A stretch of DNA of 64,000 nucleotides, from the NCBI GenBank assembly GCA_951406725.2, contig OX597829.1, positions 55,862,001 to 55,926,000 on the forward strand, given 5' to 3'. Origin of the DNA: Octopus vulgaris (lineage: Eukaryota). The position numbers were made by a program, and so were the translations under genes. The notes beneath the pieces were generated by a model, which saw only the letters and a program-made list of their open reading frames with translations, did not search any database and was not told the origin of the DNA. Positions 1-15,356 of the stretch are shown here, in pieces; position 1 is the stretch's first letter, and every line of letters begins with the position of its first letter.

Positions 1-2403
1 TCAAGGTCAGCCTTGTTCAAAGTCGATCCAGCTGCAATCAACCCACCTTTGAATATTTAAGAAACGGTGTATCTAGAAATGTATTATTCAATTTATTCTT
101 TCTTTCAACTTTTTAATATGTTGGTGTACGATTTGATTGAGAGTTAAAACCGTATTTTAACACGTCTAGTGACCATGTAAAGGTTCCTTCTAGAGGCCAA
201 TTGAATAGTTGTTCTGTTGTAACTCTGCTGCATCCCTCTACTTCCTACAAATCACCAAATCTTGAAGGACAACTATCGAAACTAATGACAGAATATTGTT
301 ATTTTTAATATACCAGCATGTTAATCTAATGCTACAAAAGCTAGAAAGTAGCTATTCGCTATGATGTGTAAATATTTCGAATAAAATATTAATCCTAATT
401 TTGTAAATGATCATTTCACAAACGAATTCGATTTGTATGATTTTCCTATTTCATACACCATAGCTAACTATTATTCCATGTATTTTTGAAGAAATATCAG
501 TAAATCTTTATTATTGAGCGTCATACTGAAACTGTTTTTTTTCCTTTGCATACATTTGTGAGTATGGTGGATTGGTAAAAACGTTAGAGAGTTCGATGGA
601 ATAGTTTGTAGTGTTTGGTAATGATCGTTTACGTTTTAAGCTTAAAACCTACCAGTTTCAACCAGCTCGTTCCTCCTTCAAAGGACGACGAAGATACTAC
701 AAAAAAGTACTGGTGTTTGATATTAGCTCTTGAAATATTCGAAGGTTATGTCCAGGAATGATCGTTACTCAAACGTTTAAACGAGTAAAAGAATAAAAAC
801 AAAGCAATTCAGAAAGTAGAATGTGTTGATTTGATGTAAAAAAAGAGTAGAGCTTTGATGCCAGATCGCTTTTCGCATGACTCTTGTCAGTCATAGAAAC
901 AGGAGAAACAAACTCACACAATTTTCCAAACTTTTTGTACTTAGTATTTGCCGACACCGACCACTAGTTCTCGGATTCTACTTCAAAAGACCCGACCCAC
1001 TTATTTATGATATTTCCCATAACCATAAAATTAGTTACAGCAATTTATTAGAACATTTCTAGTTAAGTATATTCTCTGCCTTGCAAATATTTATTTAACT
1101 TAAAATAAAACAGATATAAGCAACTAGGGAAGGAGCGATATCTGAAACTAATTCACTTATGCCGTTATTGCTCGTATTTAGATATATAGTTTTCTGATTT
1201 GACAATCTGAAAACTTGCCCCAATATTAGAAATTGATTAGTACTAGTTAGAGCGGTTGAGATGGCTAAGACAGTTGAGCTCTATAATGACGACTTCACTA
1301 TATGAGTTCATCAACATACTGCTTTTATTTCAAATCTTGTTGGTTTGAGATCATTTCACTAGTATATAGTTATGTAGTCCTCTGTTAACGCTTCTTAAGC
1401 AAAATCGTTTCAGCTACGTTTATTATGTTGTTTTGAGGTATGCAGGACTGCATTAGCAAATGTGTCCTTCCTTCGTTTCTCTAAGAGTACTGATAGGTTT
1501 AAAGGATTTTTCATATTTAGGAAAATATTTGACATCAAATAACAAAACTATATCTATATGATCGAAAAAATAAGAAACCCGAAAACATGTTTTTTTTTTT
1601 ATTTTGCTGGTTCTGGCGGGGTACAAAATGCGGAACGTACCCAGAACAGAATATGAATATTTTCAGTTAAATTTTCTTTTGCTTCACAGAAGCATTGCAC
1701 AACAAACCGTATGCACCCCTAAAAATAGAGTTTTGCAACATCATAAACATGCAACGCAAGATTTAAAAGAAATTGGTAAGACTATAAAGAAGATGAATAT
1801 ACCTAATAGTAACACATTTCGTGCCAGATAGACTAAAAATGAAATTCATAAAACAGATTACCTACAAGAACGGCGAACAAACTTCCAGCATTACAATGCT
1901 TAATTGCGTTCTATTATCTTGAATATCACCTGCAGACGTTGAAAGTCTGTGTTCCTAATCTTTGGTTTAGCAAAATAAACACCAAAGAGCACTCAATATG
2001 CAGGATCGATACCACTGATGGCATCGTACGCACTCATACACATGTTGTTTAACTTTAAAATCATCCTTGATCGGGGAGACCTGATGACGAAAGCCGTTTA
2101 ACCATTCCGTCATAAAAATAAAAGAACGAAATGAATTAAAGACTACATTATGCAAAGGGGTCCTTCCTTTTTTGAAATACTACGTATTATTTGCGATAAA
2201 TTTACTTCCTGTTTCTTGGAAATTGAGTGATCAAAGAAAGATTCCTTTGTTAAATATAATTGTTGTCAAAACGTTCTATCGTTAAATAGATTATTAGTAT
2301 CCCTGGACTAATGAGCCCAATCTGTTGAGGCCTTTACAAAAGGCATACACACACACACTCACACATATACGCACCCCCACACAACGCGCGCATACACACA
2401 CAA

Positions 2404-2436
<33 letters not shown>

Positions 2437-2586
2437 CACACGTTCTAAATGTCAACATGTCATTACTTTCAGTTTCCTCGAACAATAGGAAAACGTGATG
2501 GAATTCATGTATACGTATATATGTAAGTATACACACACACAGTCAAACACACGCAAGGGCGCACGCGCGCACACACACACGCACAC

Positions 2587-2620
<34 letters not shown>

Positions 2621-2865
2621 CGTACATACACAAATGTGTACAGATGCATTCATCCCATATATTAGTTTCTTCAGACTTTAACATAACTGATTGTTCAAGG
2701 AAATTGAGAGAAATGACATTGTGACATTTAGAATTCTAGATTCTTTAACGATTATATATATTACATTAGAAGCAAAACCATATTCAGTTACCAAATACAG
2801 ACGCACATGCTATATACTACACACACACACACACACACACACGCATATATGCATTAATATACTCG

Positions 2866-2896
<31 letters not shown>

Positions 2897-3065
2897 ATCT
2901 TATGATCTTCTTGAGGAATATGTAATGATAAAAATCTGTTGGGGGGTAACAGAAATATCCACTGTCGAACAGAGAGTACTCAGAAAGAATGGTTGTATAT
3001 AGTGTGAAAGGGATTTTTACCAGATAAAGTCGACTTTTACACTTGATTATGCAATTTCATGTATG

Positions 3066-3101
<36 letters not shown>

Positions 3102-3874
3102 TCAATTTGGAGTTAGCATTGGTAGATTTACAACCATTAACAATGATGGAGGTAAAAAGTTAAGAGATTAATTAAAAATGTGAGACATTATATGAATGGA
3201 ACAAAGGAATGAATAATGTGTGAATATACTTGCAGATATAGGCTTCCATACAACTAAACAGGGCATTGTTAGCAACGTAGAAGGCTTGTTAGCTTTTAAA
3301 ATTCAAACGACTTGCATTATTTGTGTATCTAGTTTGGAATCTTTTCTGAATGGCAGATGAGTAATAGAGTTTTGGCAAAAAATATATCGTTTCCCTTCAT
3401 ATATTACTGAGATTATTATTCCCTTCATACGTTCTCTAATTAATATGAAATGTGATATTCAAATATTCTTTAGCGATCTTGTTAAGAACAGCGTCATCCT
3501 CTGCCATTGTACCCTAAAACCTAACAAGCCACGATATCAACCATCCATCATTTTATCCTTAACCATCCATGCAACACCCACAGTTCTCATCCTATGTCCT
3601 GTACTGCGTTTACGTACGCAGTATTCGTAACCTATAATCTATACCATTCGCTTTAATACACGCTGTTACCAAGTTCACTATATTCCATATGACACGTAGA
3701 AACACAAAATATTCTCCGCCGAACGTATTTTTCTTCCGTGCTTTAACGTTACTAATTCGCCCATCCTGTCTTATCTTAATTCCCAATGTATTTACCGGCA
3801 TTCATTACTTTATTAAGTTTATATCTCTTACAATTATTTATTAATGATATTCATTGATATTCACACACACACAT

Positions 3875-3961
<87 letters not shown>

Positions 3962-5974
3962 CGTGTGTACGTGTGTGTATGTGTATAAGCTGGAGCAACG
4001 TGAAATAAAGTGTCTTGCTCAAGAACACAAGACACAGCCTGGTCCTGCAATCGAACTCACTACCCCAAGGTTTTTAAGCCCGACGCTCTAACCATTGAGC
4101 GATCTCTCTCTCTCTTTTTCTCTCTCTCTCTTTCTCTCTCTCTTTCTTTCTCTCTCTCTCTTTCTCTCTCTCTTTCTTTCTCTCTCTCTCTCTCTCCATA
4201 TATATATATATGCAAATATTTCAAACAATTACAAAGAATACTGAAACTGGTACATCATCAAATTTTTCTTTTAATTTTACTGTCAGTCATACAACATTAT
4301 TACTTGGTTAAAATGACCGATACATGTTTCCGCTGCACAGAGTGCAGCTACGCATTCAACCCAACAAAACCTGGCGTCCACCTTCCGTTAGGGTCATTCA
4401 ACAAACGTGGTTCGAAGCGAACTGAGTTTATTTATTTGTCGCTAGTTTATTTCCTTATTCTGCACTGTTTCTTTTATTAAGTCTGTCCAGAGTTGATTCT
4501 CTTCCTTATTTCCCATTGATAACGGCTAAAGATCTAGAAAGGAATGTGAGAATCCGTCAGGAGGCAGCGCTGGGTATATATGTGGTGTTTTTACAACTTT
4601 TTACCATAAGAAAGAATTTTTGTATCCATGGTGACTGCTGTGAATTTGCCATTAGAAGTTGAAATATGTCACTAACATATTTTAACTAACATAAATTTCA
4701 CTTATGCCTAAACTCTGATTGGCGATGATATTACAATAACGTGTGTGTGTGTGTGCATGCGTGAGTGTGTGTGTGCGCGTGTACGCATGCATGTATGTGT
4801 ATATATATAAGATATTTATTATATATATATATACATATATATGTTTATCTATTTATATATATGAATATGTATGTGTAAGTGGGCGTGTATATGTATATGT
4901 GTGTGTATGCATGTATGTATGTGTGCATATATATAATATTTATACATATATATATTTATCTATTTATATATATGAATATGTGTACGTGGGTGTGTGGGTG
5001 TGTATGTGTGTGGCGTGTGTGTACGCGTGTCCGTTTATTGCCGAGTGCAATAAGTATTATTGAGGAGGTTTAATAATATTAATAATACCGAAACATGTCC
5101 ATTGCTTTCATCACACGGCTTTAGTAACAACATCCACGCTAATGTACATTGTCTAGGAGTGCTTTTCTATTAATTACGTTGTGGGAGGTTTTAAGCTGTC
5201 GACATAATAATTTACCAGTACTCAGATGATAGGGAAAGGGCAACACATGAACGTAAACAATAAGTGCAGTGACAGATTTCTCTATAATTCTAACTACTGG
5301 TAAGTATTTTTAGGAAGAGTCCATGTTCCTAAGCCATATTACAATAATGAAGAAACGCTCTGTCTTCGGAACATGGTTTTACATGACAACCCCACCACCA
5401 CCACCACCACCACTACCACCACCTTGGCCGCCCCAGATTGTTAAGATGACTGTGCCACGAGAAAGCAATTTCAAATATGCACACAGAAAAAGAGTCCTCT
5501 AATATCTAGGATTTTGAGAATCGTATGAAGCGCAGTTGTTGTAGAGTATTGTGTTTCATTAGAAGTGGGATTCCCCGTGACGGTAGTTCACACCATTATG
5601 TACTCCTTCGTTGGCATTGGACAAATGAAAGATAGAAAGAGAGTACTTTGCGAAATAGAGAGAGAGAAGCAGAAAAGGCTTCATTAGAGACACAACAGAG
5701 ACTCGTGAGAGACATATCCTCAACAAGTTGTAAAAGAAGATAGATGCTGCTTGTTTGATGTGGTTTTAACTCTACCCGTTTTTGTAGTGTGGTGGCTGCG
5801 AGGACAATAGAAGGCAATAAGAACGCGCTTCATTGTGGTCTCAAAAGAACCCGAACATGTCTTGTGTCCTGCGTCACTAGAGAGAACGATACTCTCGATG
5901 TACAGAAATCGTAGTGATTTTCAGTCGAAAACTACTGAAGGGAATGTCCCATAGCGCAAGCTGCATTTCAAGTT

Positions 5975-6037
<63 letters not shown>

Positions 6038-6118
6038 GTGTATGTGTATGTGTATACTTATATATGTATATATATATATATTTATATGTATATATACATG
6101 TGTATGTGTATGTGTATA

Positions 6119-6169
<51 letters not shown>

Positions 6170-6736
6170 GTATATATACATGTGTGTATACATATATGTG
6201 TGCGTATATATATATATATGTGTGTGTATGTACATATGTGTGTGTACGTATGTGCATATATATGTGTGTTTGTGCGCACACACACACACACATATATCCT
6301 AGACCTCTGTCTATTCATAGCCAAGAGAAATTCTAAATGACGGTATCTTGTCTGTAGCTTTTTTTTTAATTACCAAACTAGGATAATTCTTTAGAACATA
6401 CTCTGTGAATAATTGATGTTTGTTTTTTAGCCACTCATTAGCTGCTGTTAAACTATCTATGAAAAGTGATTGTGTTGCCAACATCTGACAGTCTCTACTT
6501 CAATGCACGAAATCTTCAGGTAGGGCATCCTAATTATTTTCCCATACAGATTTCATGAAGTTGTCTCGTCTTGTAGTTTATATCATTCATCTCTCCGGCT
6601 AATTATTTCGCTAATATTACCCTGTGACTCGTTTATTAGAATTTACGTATTCACATATAGTTATACAGAGACTTATAGGCGTACAAACACAAACATACAG
6701 ATGCATTCAACATAATATGCACAAACATTTTACTTA

Positions 6737-6777
<41 letters not shown>

Positions 6778-6845
6778 CAAAGACATTGCTGTGCTGTAAT
6801 GCTTCTGTGTATGTGCTAAAATCTATTTTCTGAATCAACAACTCC

Positions 6846-6898
<53 letters not shown>

Positions 6899-7261
6899 TG
6901 TTTTTCTCTCATTTATATTTATGTATTTACTTTTGTCCATTCAGAAACCGTAGTGAAGCTTTAGAAGCACAAATCCAGTGTTTCTATCACAGTCCATAAC
7001 TCTTTTGGTCATAGTAAGATCCAAACTCAGCATTACAGACAAATGTCAGTTTTAGTGCTCAAGAGTGGGAGTGGGCGTAGATTGCCCTCTGGTCAGTCAT
7101 AATAGTGTTAGATATGTTAATATCAGTACTTGTTCGTAAAAGTGTTTGTTAGAAGTGTCTGGGGGTTAAAATTCAAGTCAATATGAAACATTTCCTTCTC
7201 ACACTCAACAAATAAGCATCTGAAATTAAAGTTTACAATAAGGACGCATTAAGTTATTGCA

Positions 7262-7455
7262 TTGATTTCAAGTTTTGATACAAGTCCAGCAATTTTAGGC
7301 GAGGGTAAGTTGATTACATGGACCCCAATATTCAACTGGTACTTAATTTATCGACTCCGAAAGGATGAGAGGCAAAGTCGACCATGGTGAAATTTGAACT
7401 CAGAACGTGCAGACGGACGAAATGCCGCTAAACATTTCACCAGCTCACAGCCTTA
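7262..7455 (-). mobile_element. tRNA-derived SINE family B, degraded copy
   Basis: Carries the family core aactggtacttaatttatcgactccgaaaggatgagaggcaaagtcgac...tttgaactcagaacg shared with 16697-17108 and 31133-31530. Confidence 0.75.
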
Positions 7456-8260
7456 TTGAGTGGTTATGTTGACATCACCATATTCAAAATTATCTGCTTT
7501 GTTCAAAAAATACGTTCATGTTTTCTGCTTTTAACATGTATACATGTAAGTTGTTGTTTCTCCTAAGATTGGTTTTAATCTAGCAAACCTGTGCACAGCA
7601 GCATTTGTGACCAGACAATTTTACGTCTTATGGTATTGTATGTCTAGGTCTACATTATCTTGGATGTTCTGATTCCTTCTCTTTTTACTACAGTGAAGTG
7701 TGGTTTAAAGAAGATTTGATTCTCATTTGCAGCAAGTCAAAATAACACATAATGACTGTTTATAAGTGTTTCTCGATGGTAAAGCATGCATATTCTATGC
7801 AAACTTAATAGACATTTGAAAAATGGTTTCATATTGAAAGTTCTATGCCATAATCCCGTATTTAAGAATAATTCTGTTTGATGTCTAAGTGAAGAAAAGA
7901 AAATTGAAGTATGTGTTTTCGTTACTAAATAAGCCCATTTAACTCCTAAGGTATAAATACACTTTATAAATGTATGTCAATTTAATTTAAAATATTGTTT
8001 TACTCTTTAAGATCATGCATATCATACTGCTTAAGACACATAAGGTTGAGAGATTTCTCTCGTAATATCGGAAATGAAAATGGTGTCAATATATACAAAT
8101 AAAGGCTATGTTCACTTGTACACTGTCACATCTAATTCCATTACAGAATAGGAAAAAAATTGACTCACTTCAAAAAGTGCTTTTCTCTATATGTGGTCAG
8201 TATGGCCAACGATACCTGAATATCAGCACTGTTTTATAAGTAAAAATATAAAAAAGAAAT

Positions 8261-8673
8261 CGTGGAGTGGCTGTGGGGTAAGTAGCTTGCTAACCAACCA
8301 CATGGTTCCGGGTTCAGTCCCACTGCGTGGTATCTTGGGCAAGTGTCTTCTGCTATAGCCCCGGGCCGACCAATGCCTTGTGAATGGATTTGGTAGACGG
8401 AAACAGAAAAGAAGCCTGTCGTATATATGTATATATATATATATGTGTGTGTATGTGTGTGTGTTTGTGTGTCTGTGTTTGTCCCCCTAGCATTGCTTGA
8501 CAACCGATGCTGGTGTGTTTACGTCCCCGTCACTTAGCGGTTCGGCAAAAGAGACCGATAGAATAAGTACTGGGCTTACAAAGAATAAGTCCCGGGGTCG
8601 ATTTGCTCGACTAAAGGCGGTGCTCCAGCATGGCCGCAGTCAAATGACTGAAACAAGTAAAAGAGTAAAGAGT
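8261..8673 (+). mobile_element. Full-length tRNA-derived SINE family A (octopus type) with internal (TA)/(TG) tract
   Basis: tRNA-like head (gtggctgtggggtaag...gggttcagtcc B-box-like), conserved body, 3' end tgactgaaacaagtaaaagag; several homologous copies in the window. Confidence 0.85.
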
Positions 8674-9535
8674 ATATATATGTGAGTGTAAACTTATTCA
8701 TAATACATTTATTATCTCGTTTAGCTGTAATTATTTTCCGAACGCCTCATATTCAATATTTTCCTTACAACGTAATTAATTTAAGTTTTGCATAATCCTT
8801 AATGTATTCAATATATTGAAACAATTAGCTAATGAGTCAAATTCTGAAAAGGGTAAAAAAAAATCTCTTTCGTTTTGTTCAATAATCATTAACAAAATCT
8901 GGATTATCCAAGATTCGGTGATTTCTGAGATCACACTGAACACTGAAATTAGGAATCTATCAAAAAAGAAAAAAAAAACAACGTTTCTTGACTTTTTTTT
9001 TGTTATTGGATATGTTGGTCGGAAGAAATTTTGGTAGTTTTGTATAAGGGTAGCAGGTGCTATAAAGTGGAAAAGTAAACCGCCTTGGAGTAGAAACGGT
9101 AAAGCATTTTGATTATTGGTTTCTCTTCATTTCTGCAGGAAATGCTCCTCGAATTCTATTGAAAATCCCAACTTCCCGTTTCCCTCCACTTTGTATCAGA
9201 AATATTTTACCCATGCAAGAAGTAAACGCAGAGTAATTCTTAGGGATTTAAAATTTTCTTACGTTTCTCTTTTAATCTTACTTTACTTCTTTTCTCGGTG
9301 ATCTTTCACCGTCAGTACGTTTCTACTATTTCCATCCAGTATTATTATCAATCACTGCACGCTGAAACAACAACTGCTCCATTAATCTACTTTCTTCAAT
9401 ATTGCTGCTGAAAGAGAATCACTCTTTGTGAAGGTAAAAAAAATACGTTCTGATATTACTTTCATACACAAGCCTACTGCTGATGCTGGGATTGTTATAG
9501 CGAAAACTACCGATAGTAGTGGTGGAGAGTATACT

Positions 9536-9536
9536 G

Positions 9537-9600
<64 letters not shown>

Positions 9601-9610
9601 CAGCAGCAAC

Positions 9611-9662
<52 letters not shown>
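9536..9662. repeat. (AGT)n microsatellite
   Basis: Directly visible trinucleotide run; source of the poly-S and poly-L ORFs. Confidence 0.95.
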
Positions 9663-11164
9663 ATGGTGCTAGAAGTGATACTTCTGTAGCTATCAGTCCC
9701 TTAGCTATACTTTCAGCTGAAATTTCTTTTTTTTTTTTTCAACTGGTCTCTTGATGTCTTAATGTACTCCAGAACTACATTAGAATTACATTAGAAATTA
9801 CTGCATTCATTCTATATTAGCTATTTATTGTTTACATTACTATGTAATTATAGCTACGTCAATTAATGACAACGGTTATGTAGAATCATTCTGCAGAATT
9901 ACTATACCGCAGTTTGAGTATTTTTTATTCTGTTAATGAAACCGCTGTTTGTAACTTACTTATCTGCCATGTTCACATATCTGTTTTCTTTCCATCTTAG
10001 AATACAAGAAACAACAATTAGATGCGATCTAAGTTGTCATTCACAAAGCTGAAGAGTATAAAATAAACTTACAATCAGGGCTTGCAAAAAAGGCATAAGT
10101 AGTTTTTATAGGATACTCGAAAGTTCATGTCCTTGATCGAATTAATCAGGTAGCTATTGAGCTTTATCATTGATACACATTATGATTCTATGTAAATTGA
10201 TAAGAAAATTTATATGGATCAAATGTTTGAGCCATTACAGTGATTTGGTAAATGTTACAAAAAGGATTAATTTTATGTAGCGATACAAAAACACAAAAAC
10301 ATTTTCCACATTAGTGTATTTCAAATACTGTCTTCATATTTTATAAGAGATTATATTTGAATTATGTTTATATAGCAAACAAATCATGAATACTACAAAT
10401 AAAAAAAAGGAAGAGAAAAAAAGAAAAAAAAAACAGGACATACACAATATTTCATAAGATGTTCTTGCTTTGATGTTAGCGTTATTGGATACATGGCGGA
10501 AAAATAAATTTAAATCACAGGATGAGATATCGGGCTGTAAAAACAAAGCAATATCACCAATATTATCAATCTATCAATGGATTGAGATTACTTTTATATC
10601 CATGATTACGGTTACATCAGCTTCTAACAGAAGGATGGCTTGCAGTTATCGAGTCAGTACAGCATTTGCTGTTTTTTCCCTTAAAATTATTCTACTTTTT
10701 CTCTCAAGACACTTAGGTCCGTTTCATTTTTCCAAGAAGAAGAGCTCAGATACACCACTTTCAAACTACAGCTGCTTTGAGGTATTTAGAAATCAAGGAT
10801 TATAATAACAATTATATAATCAAGAAAGACTAATGAATAAAATGGAATTCAAATGATGATGACATCCCAAACAATGAGACAATTTTATAGTCAGTCTGGT
10901 TTATAAATCTATACAGAGATGAATACATATCGAAACGCATCCATATTAACAGTTTGCTAAAGGAATAATCTAAATTTACAAGTAAATATAACGAATAAGT
11001 TTATTATAGTTTCAGGACGTTGTTGATCATCCGTTGATTGATTGTTTGTTAGACTTGAATATGTATTCGAAGAAATATGCGATTAATTTTACTAAATTTT
11101 AATATATTTATCAGGACTCACTTGATATGAAAGAGTTATACACACAAATGTTGTGGAAGATTTC

Positions 11165-11214
<50 letters not shown>

Positions 11215-11217
<3 letters not shown>

Positions 11218-11667
11218 AGCAAATATTCTGCTCAATACCACAGATTTGCTTGTCAGTTGTTTGACCTTAACCAGTTGAGCATGTCCCTTAGTGGCTGACG
11301 ATATGTGCATCTCTGATCACGAGCAGAAGTAGTGGGGGAGCATCATAGCCATGTGTTGAGAGGGATTCTTTGGGGTTTGAATAATTCACCTCTGGAAAGA
11401 TGGGTGGTTCTTTCAACATCCTTAAACAACCCTTATTCAGGGACCTTTTGAACGGATGGGTTACTCGACCAGAAGAAAATTTTAGCTGGGCCCCACTTGC
11501 AAGGTCATGCGCTGTTTATCTTGATATGAGATCACCATCTCACACACATATGTTTGTAATGCATGTGCCTAGTGTACCCTTATCAGAAGGGTAGTCATGA
11601 TGGGTATATTGGGCTTCGTATATTTTACCCCAGTGTCACTTTGATGGCATGCACTGCTCTCTCACTC
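11215..11667 (+). mobile_element. (AAT)n-associated non-coding interspersed element, copy 1 (5'-truncated)
   Basis: High identity to four other copies; flanked by (AAT)n on both sides; ends gcactgctctctcactc(aat)n. Confidence 0.85.
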
Positions 11668-11720
<53 letters not shown>

Positions 11721-11755
11721 TGATGATGATGATAACGATAATGATAATAATAATA

Positions 11756-12257
11756 TGGAAGTGTTATCATGTACATTGTTTTGTCTTGGTGTAAAAGATG
11801 GGCAACAGCAAATATTCTGCTCAATACCACAGATTTGCTTGTCAGTTGTTTGACGTTAACCAGTTGAGCATGTCCCTTAGTGGCTGACGATATGTGCATA
11901 TCTGATCACAAGCAGAAGTAGTGGGGGAGTATCATAGTCGTGTGTTGAGAGGAATTCTTTGGGGTTTGAATAATTCACCTCTGGAAACATGGGTGGTTCT
12001 TTCAACATCCTTAAACAACCCTTATTCAGGGACCTTTTGAGCGGGATGGGCTACTCCGCCAGAAGAAAATTCTAACTGGGCCCCACCTGCAAGGTCATGC
12101 GCTGTTTATCTTGATATGAGATCACCATGTCGCGCACATATGGTTGTGATGCATGTGCCTGGTGTACCCTTATCAGACGGGTAGTCATGATGGGTATATT
12201 GGGCTTCGTATATTTTACCCCAGTGTCACTTTGATGGCATGCACTGCTCTCTCACTC
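11756..12257 (+). mobile_element. (AAT)n-associated element, copy 2
   Basis: Same sequence and same 3' end as copy 1; lies in the AAT tail of copy 1. Confidence 0.85.
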
Positions 12258-12331
<74 letters not shown>

Positions 12332-12920
12332 TGATGAAATTAAAGAAATAGTCTGCTCCTGAAGCTCGCTTGTGGCTTTGGTCTTTGTTGTGTAGATATG
12401 TATAACTTCATTAAAAATTACGTCAACTACGAGAGAGGATTGACCAGTTTTTCTACGCTATATTCTCTATATAAAAAGCTTTGCTCTCCGTATACGAAGT
12501 TACTATGTACACCCATTCAGCTTACGATGTAATACGAACTGCATTTTTTCTGTTGCTGCACCTTCAATATCGTCTCGGAAAGTTGGTAAAACAGAAAAAA
12601 CAATCAAAGCTGCATAAAAGCCAGTATATGTTGGAAATTAGGAAATATGACGGAATGCATGTTAAAAACAATAAGTTGATGGATAATATTTTGTAGAAAG
12701 AGGTTATTTTGAAAGAAAATTCTATGAAACGGAATTAAACACTAATTTGGCAATCTTCCAGTGTAGGACATCATTTCACTTATGTTGTCCTGATTACAAT
12801 CATGCTTTGTTGGACAATGGATTCTGAATCATACTTATAGCCAAAGTAGTTGTCGTAGACGTGAACTATTCAATCTTTTGGTTACGGAAACATACTATTT
12901 CACATAAATATATATATATA

Positions 12921-13250
<330 letters not shown>

Positions 13251-13313
13251 TAGACAAAATGAGATAACAAAGCCAAGGGTGTGAGGAGTTTTTAGGACAT
13301 TTATAATGAAATA

Positions 13314-13361
13314 GTCTTACAGCTGTTTCTGGGATATTATGGATATCCCTTCATCAGAGAC
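13314..13361 (-). ncRNA. Minimal type I hammerhead ribozyme in a Penelope-like pLTR-type fragment
   Basis: Minus strand reads gtct-CTGATGA-agggatatccataatatccca-GAAAC-agct-GTA-agac: stem I gtct/agac, stem II gggatat/atatccc, palindromic stem III cagctg, GUA cleavage triplet; ~60 bp from a (TA)n tract. Confidence 0.8.
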
Positions 13362-13920
13362 GATGTGAGATGGTTAAATAGAGGTAAATATTTCAGTTCA
13401 AAATAAGGAATCATTATGGAAAAGGAGGAGATAAGGAATATACAGGGAACTAAGAGAATAAAAGTAGAAATATAAATATAAAATATATAAAGATATTGTA
13501 GTTTCAGTTTCATTATTCGAGGAAAATGGTGTATAGAAGTTGTAAAAAGGTTTCCTATACATGGTATGTAAGATCCAATAGTAGTTCATGTTTAGTCATT
13601 TCAAATATGGAGCCGTGGATTCTGTGTTACTCATTCGAAAGGATCTTGCGGGGGTGAATGAAAATTTGAGAATGTATTGGTAGTATTTCTGGATAGATGG
13701 GATGGAGGGGGTGAGATGTGTATGTTTAGAATGAGGAGATAGGTCAAAATGAAGGCAGGAAGAGAAAATGAGAGGAAGAAAGAGGGAAAAGTGAAAGGAG
13801 TGAAAAAGTGTGAAGAGCGGGTGAAAGAATGATTATAAGGAAAAAGATTTTCTCCAATTATAAGGAAAAAGATTTTACTTTGACGTGCTCAAGATGTTCA
13901 AACTTCAGGCATTAGAATGA

Positions 13921-14487
13921 TGCAGAAGTAAGGACCAAAGTTAGGCAAATCAAATACATACATACATTTATATTTATTCAGCCCTAGACCCAGCATGCGT
14001 AAATTTCTCCAAAATTATAGATTATAAAACGAAGCCATAAAAGAGTTAAAAGTCTATAAGATAAAAAAATGTGTGTGTTAATAATCCTACGGCCGTTTCC
14101 GGGGATCCGGTTGTCCAGTCATAAAATAGGTATTTACATTCATTTTTGAACACCACCTCTTTCATCAGAGAAACGGCTGTAGGATTATTAACTGGATTAG
14201 TAACACCCAAACTTCTTATCTTATAGACATTTAACTCTCTTTAGGACTTCGTTTTATAATCTTGAGTTGACCTGGATAGGTATTTATTTTTCTAACACAT
14301 TTTTAATGTGTATATCTATATATTTACATATTTTTAATGTATTGATTACTCTCTATATTTTTATATATCTATATTTTTTGACATGTTTGATTAAATACAC
14401 TTTTGGAGAAATTGTTGGGTTTAGGGCTGAATAAATATAAATGTATATGTGAACTGGATTTGCCCAACCTTGATTCTTACTTCTACA
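13921..14487. mobile_element. Degraded fold-back element with hammerhead remnants
   Basis: 13921-14099 is an imperfect inverted copy of 14170-14487 (extra ~130 bp in right arm); GAAAC-ggc(c/t)-GTA-ggat in both arms; CTGATGA on minus strand at 14162-14168; abuts (TA)n. Confidence 0.6.
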
Positions 14488-14506
14488 TTATATATACATA
14501 TGCATA

Positions 14507-14555
<49 letters not shown>

Positions 14556-14833
14556 GTCTGTATGTATATATGTGTGTGTTTGTGTGTGTGTGTGTAGTTA
14601 TACTGTTTCGTGGTCAATTAAATGCTTTTGTCTCGGTACAAAGGCAATGGGGATAACTGCAACGTCTGTTCAGTGGAGGCACTAGAGATTCGTAAACGTA
14701 AGTCTAATCTAATTAACCATTCTATGAATTATTCATCTGATGTTCTCTCCAATTCAATAAAACATTCTTAAAAATTATATCAAATAATTAATTGTACTAA
14801 ATAATGTATGGATAACGGCCTTATTCCTTTACC

Positions 14834-15025
<192 letters not shown>

Positions 15026-15089
15026 TTAATCATTTAACATTTTGTCTGTTTATGTCTTTATTCCGTCTTTGTATTGCTCCCTCCCTCCC

Positions 15090-15270
15090 CTCATCCTTTA
15101 TGTCTCAAAATTCTAGCTCCCCACAGCACTGCTCCCATGTCAATTCCGATTTTTTTGACATATTTCTCGAACGTGGTTATTGATGTTCCTACAACAACTG
15201 GAATGACAGACATCCTCCTTATAGTCCACATTCTTGCAATTTCGTCTTTTAGTAGTCAGTACTTTTCAAG
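15090..15270 (-). mobile_element. R4/Dong-type LINE 3' ORF fragment
   Basis: Minus strand translates to LKDEIARMWTIRRMSVIPVVVG...ARILR, the end of a restriction-like endonuclease domain; lies between ATT tracts. Confidence 0.6.
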
Positions 15271-15285
15271 TTATTATTATTATTA

Positions 15286-15356
<71 letters not shown>

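Noticed and set aside
9139-9235. Candidate exon after a good acceptor (tttctgcag)
   Set aside because: Short unrecognisable peptide and no convincing donor
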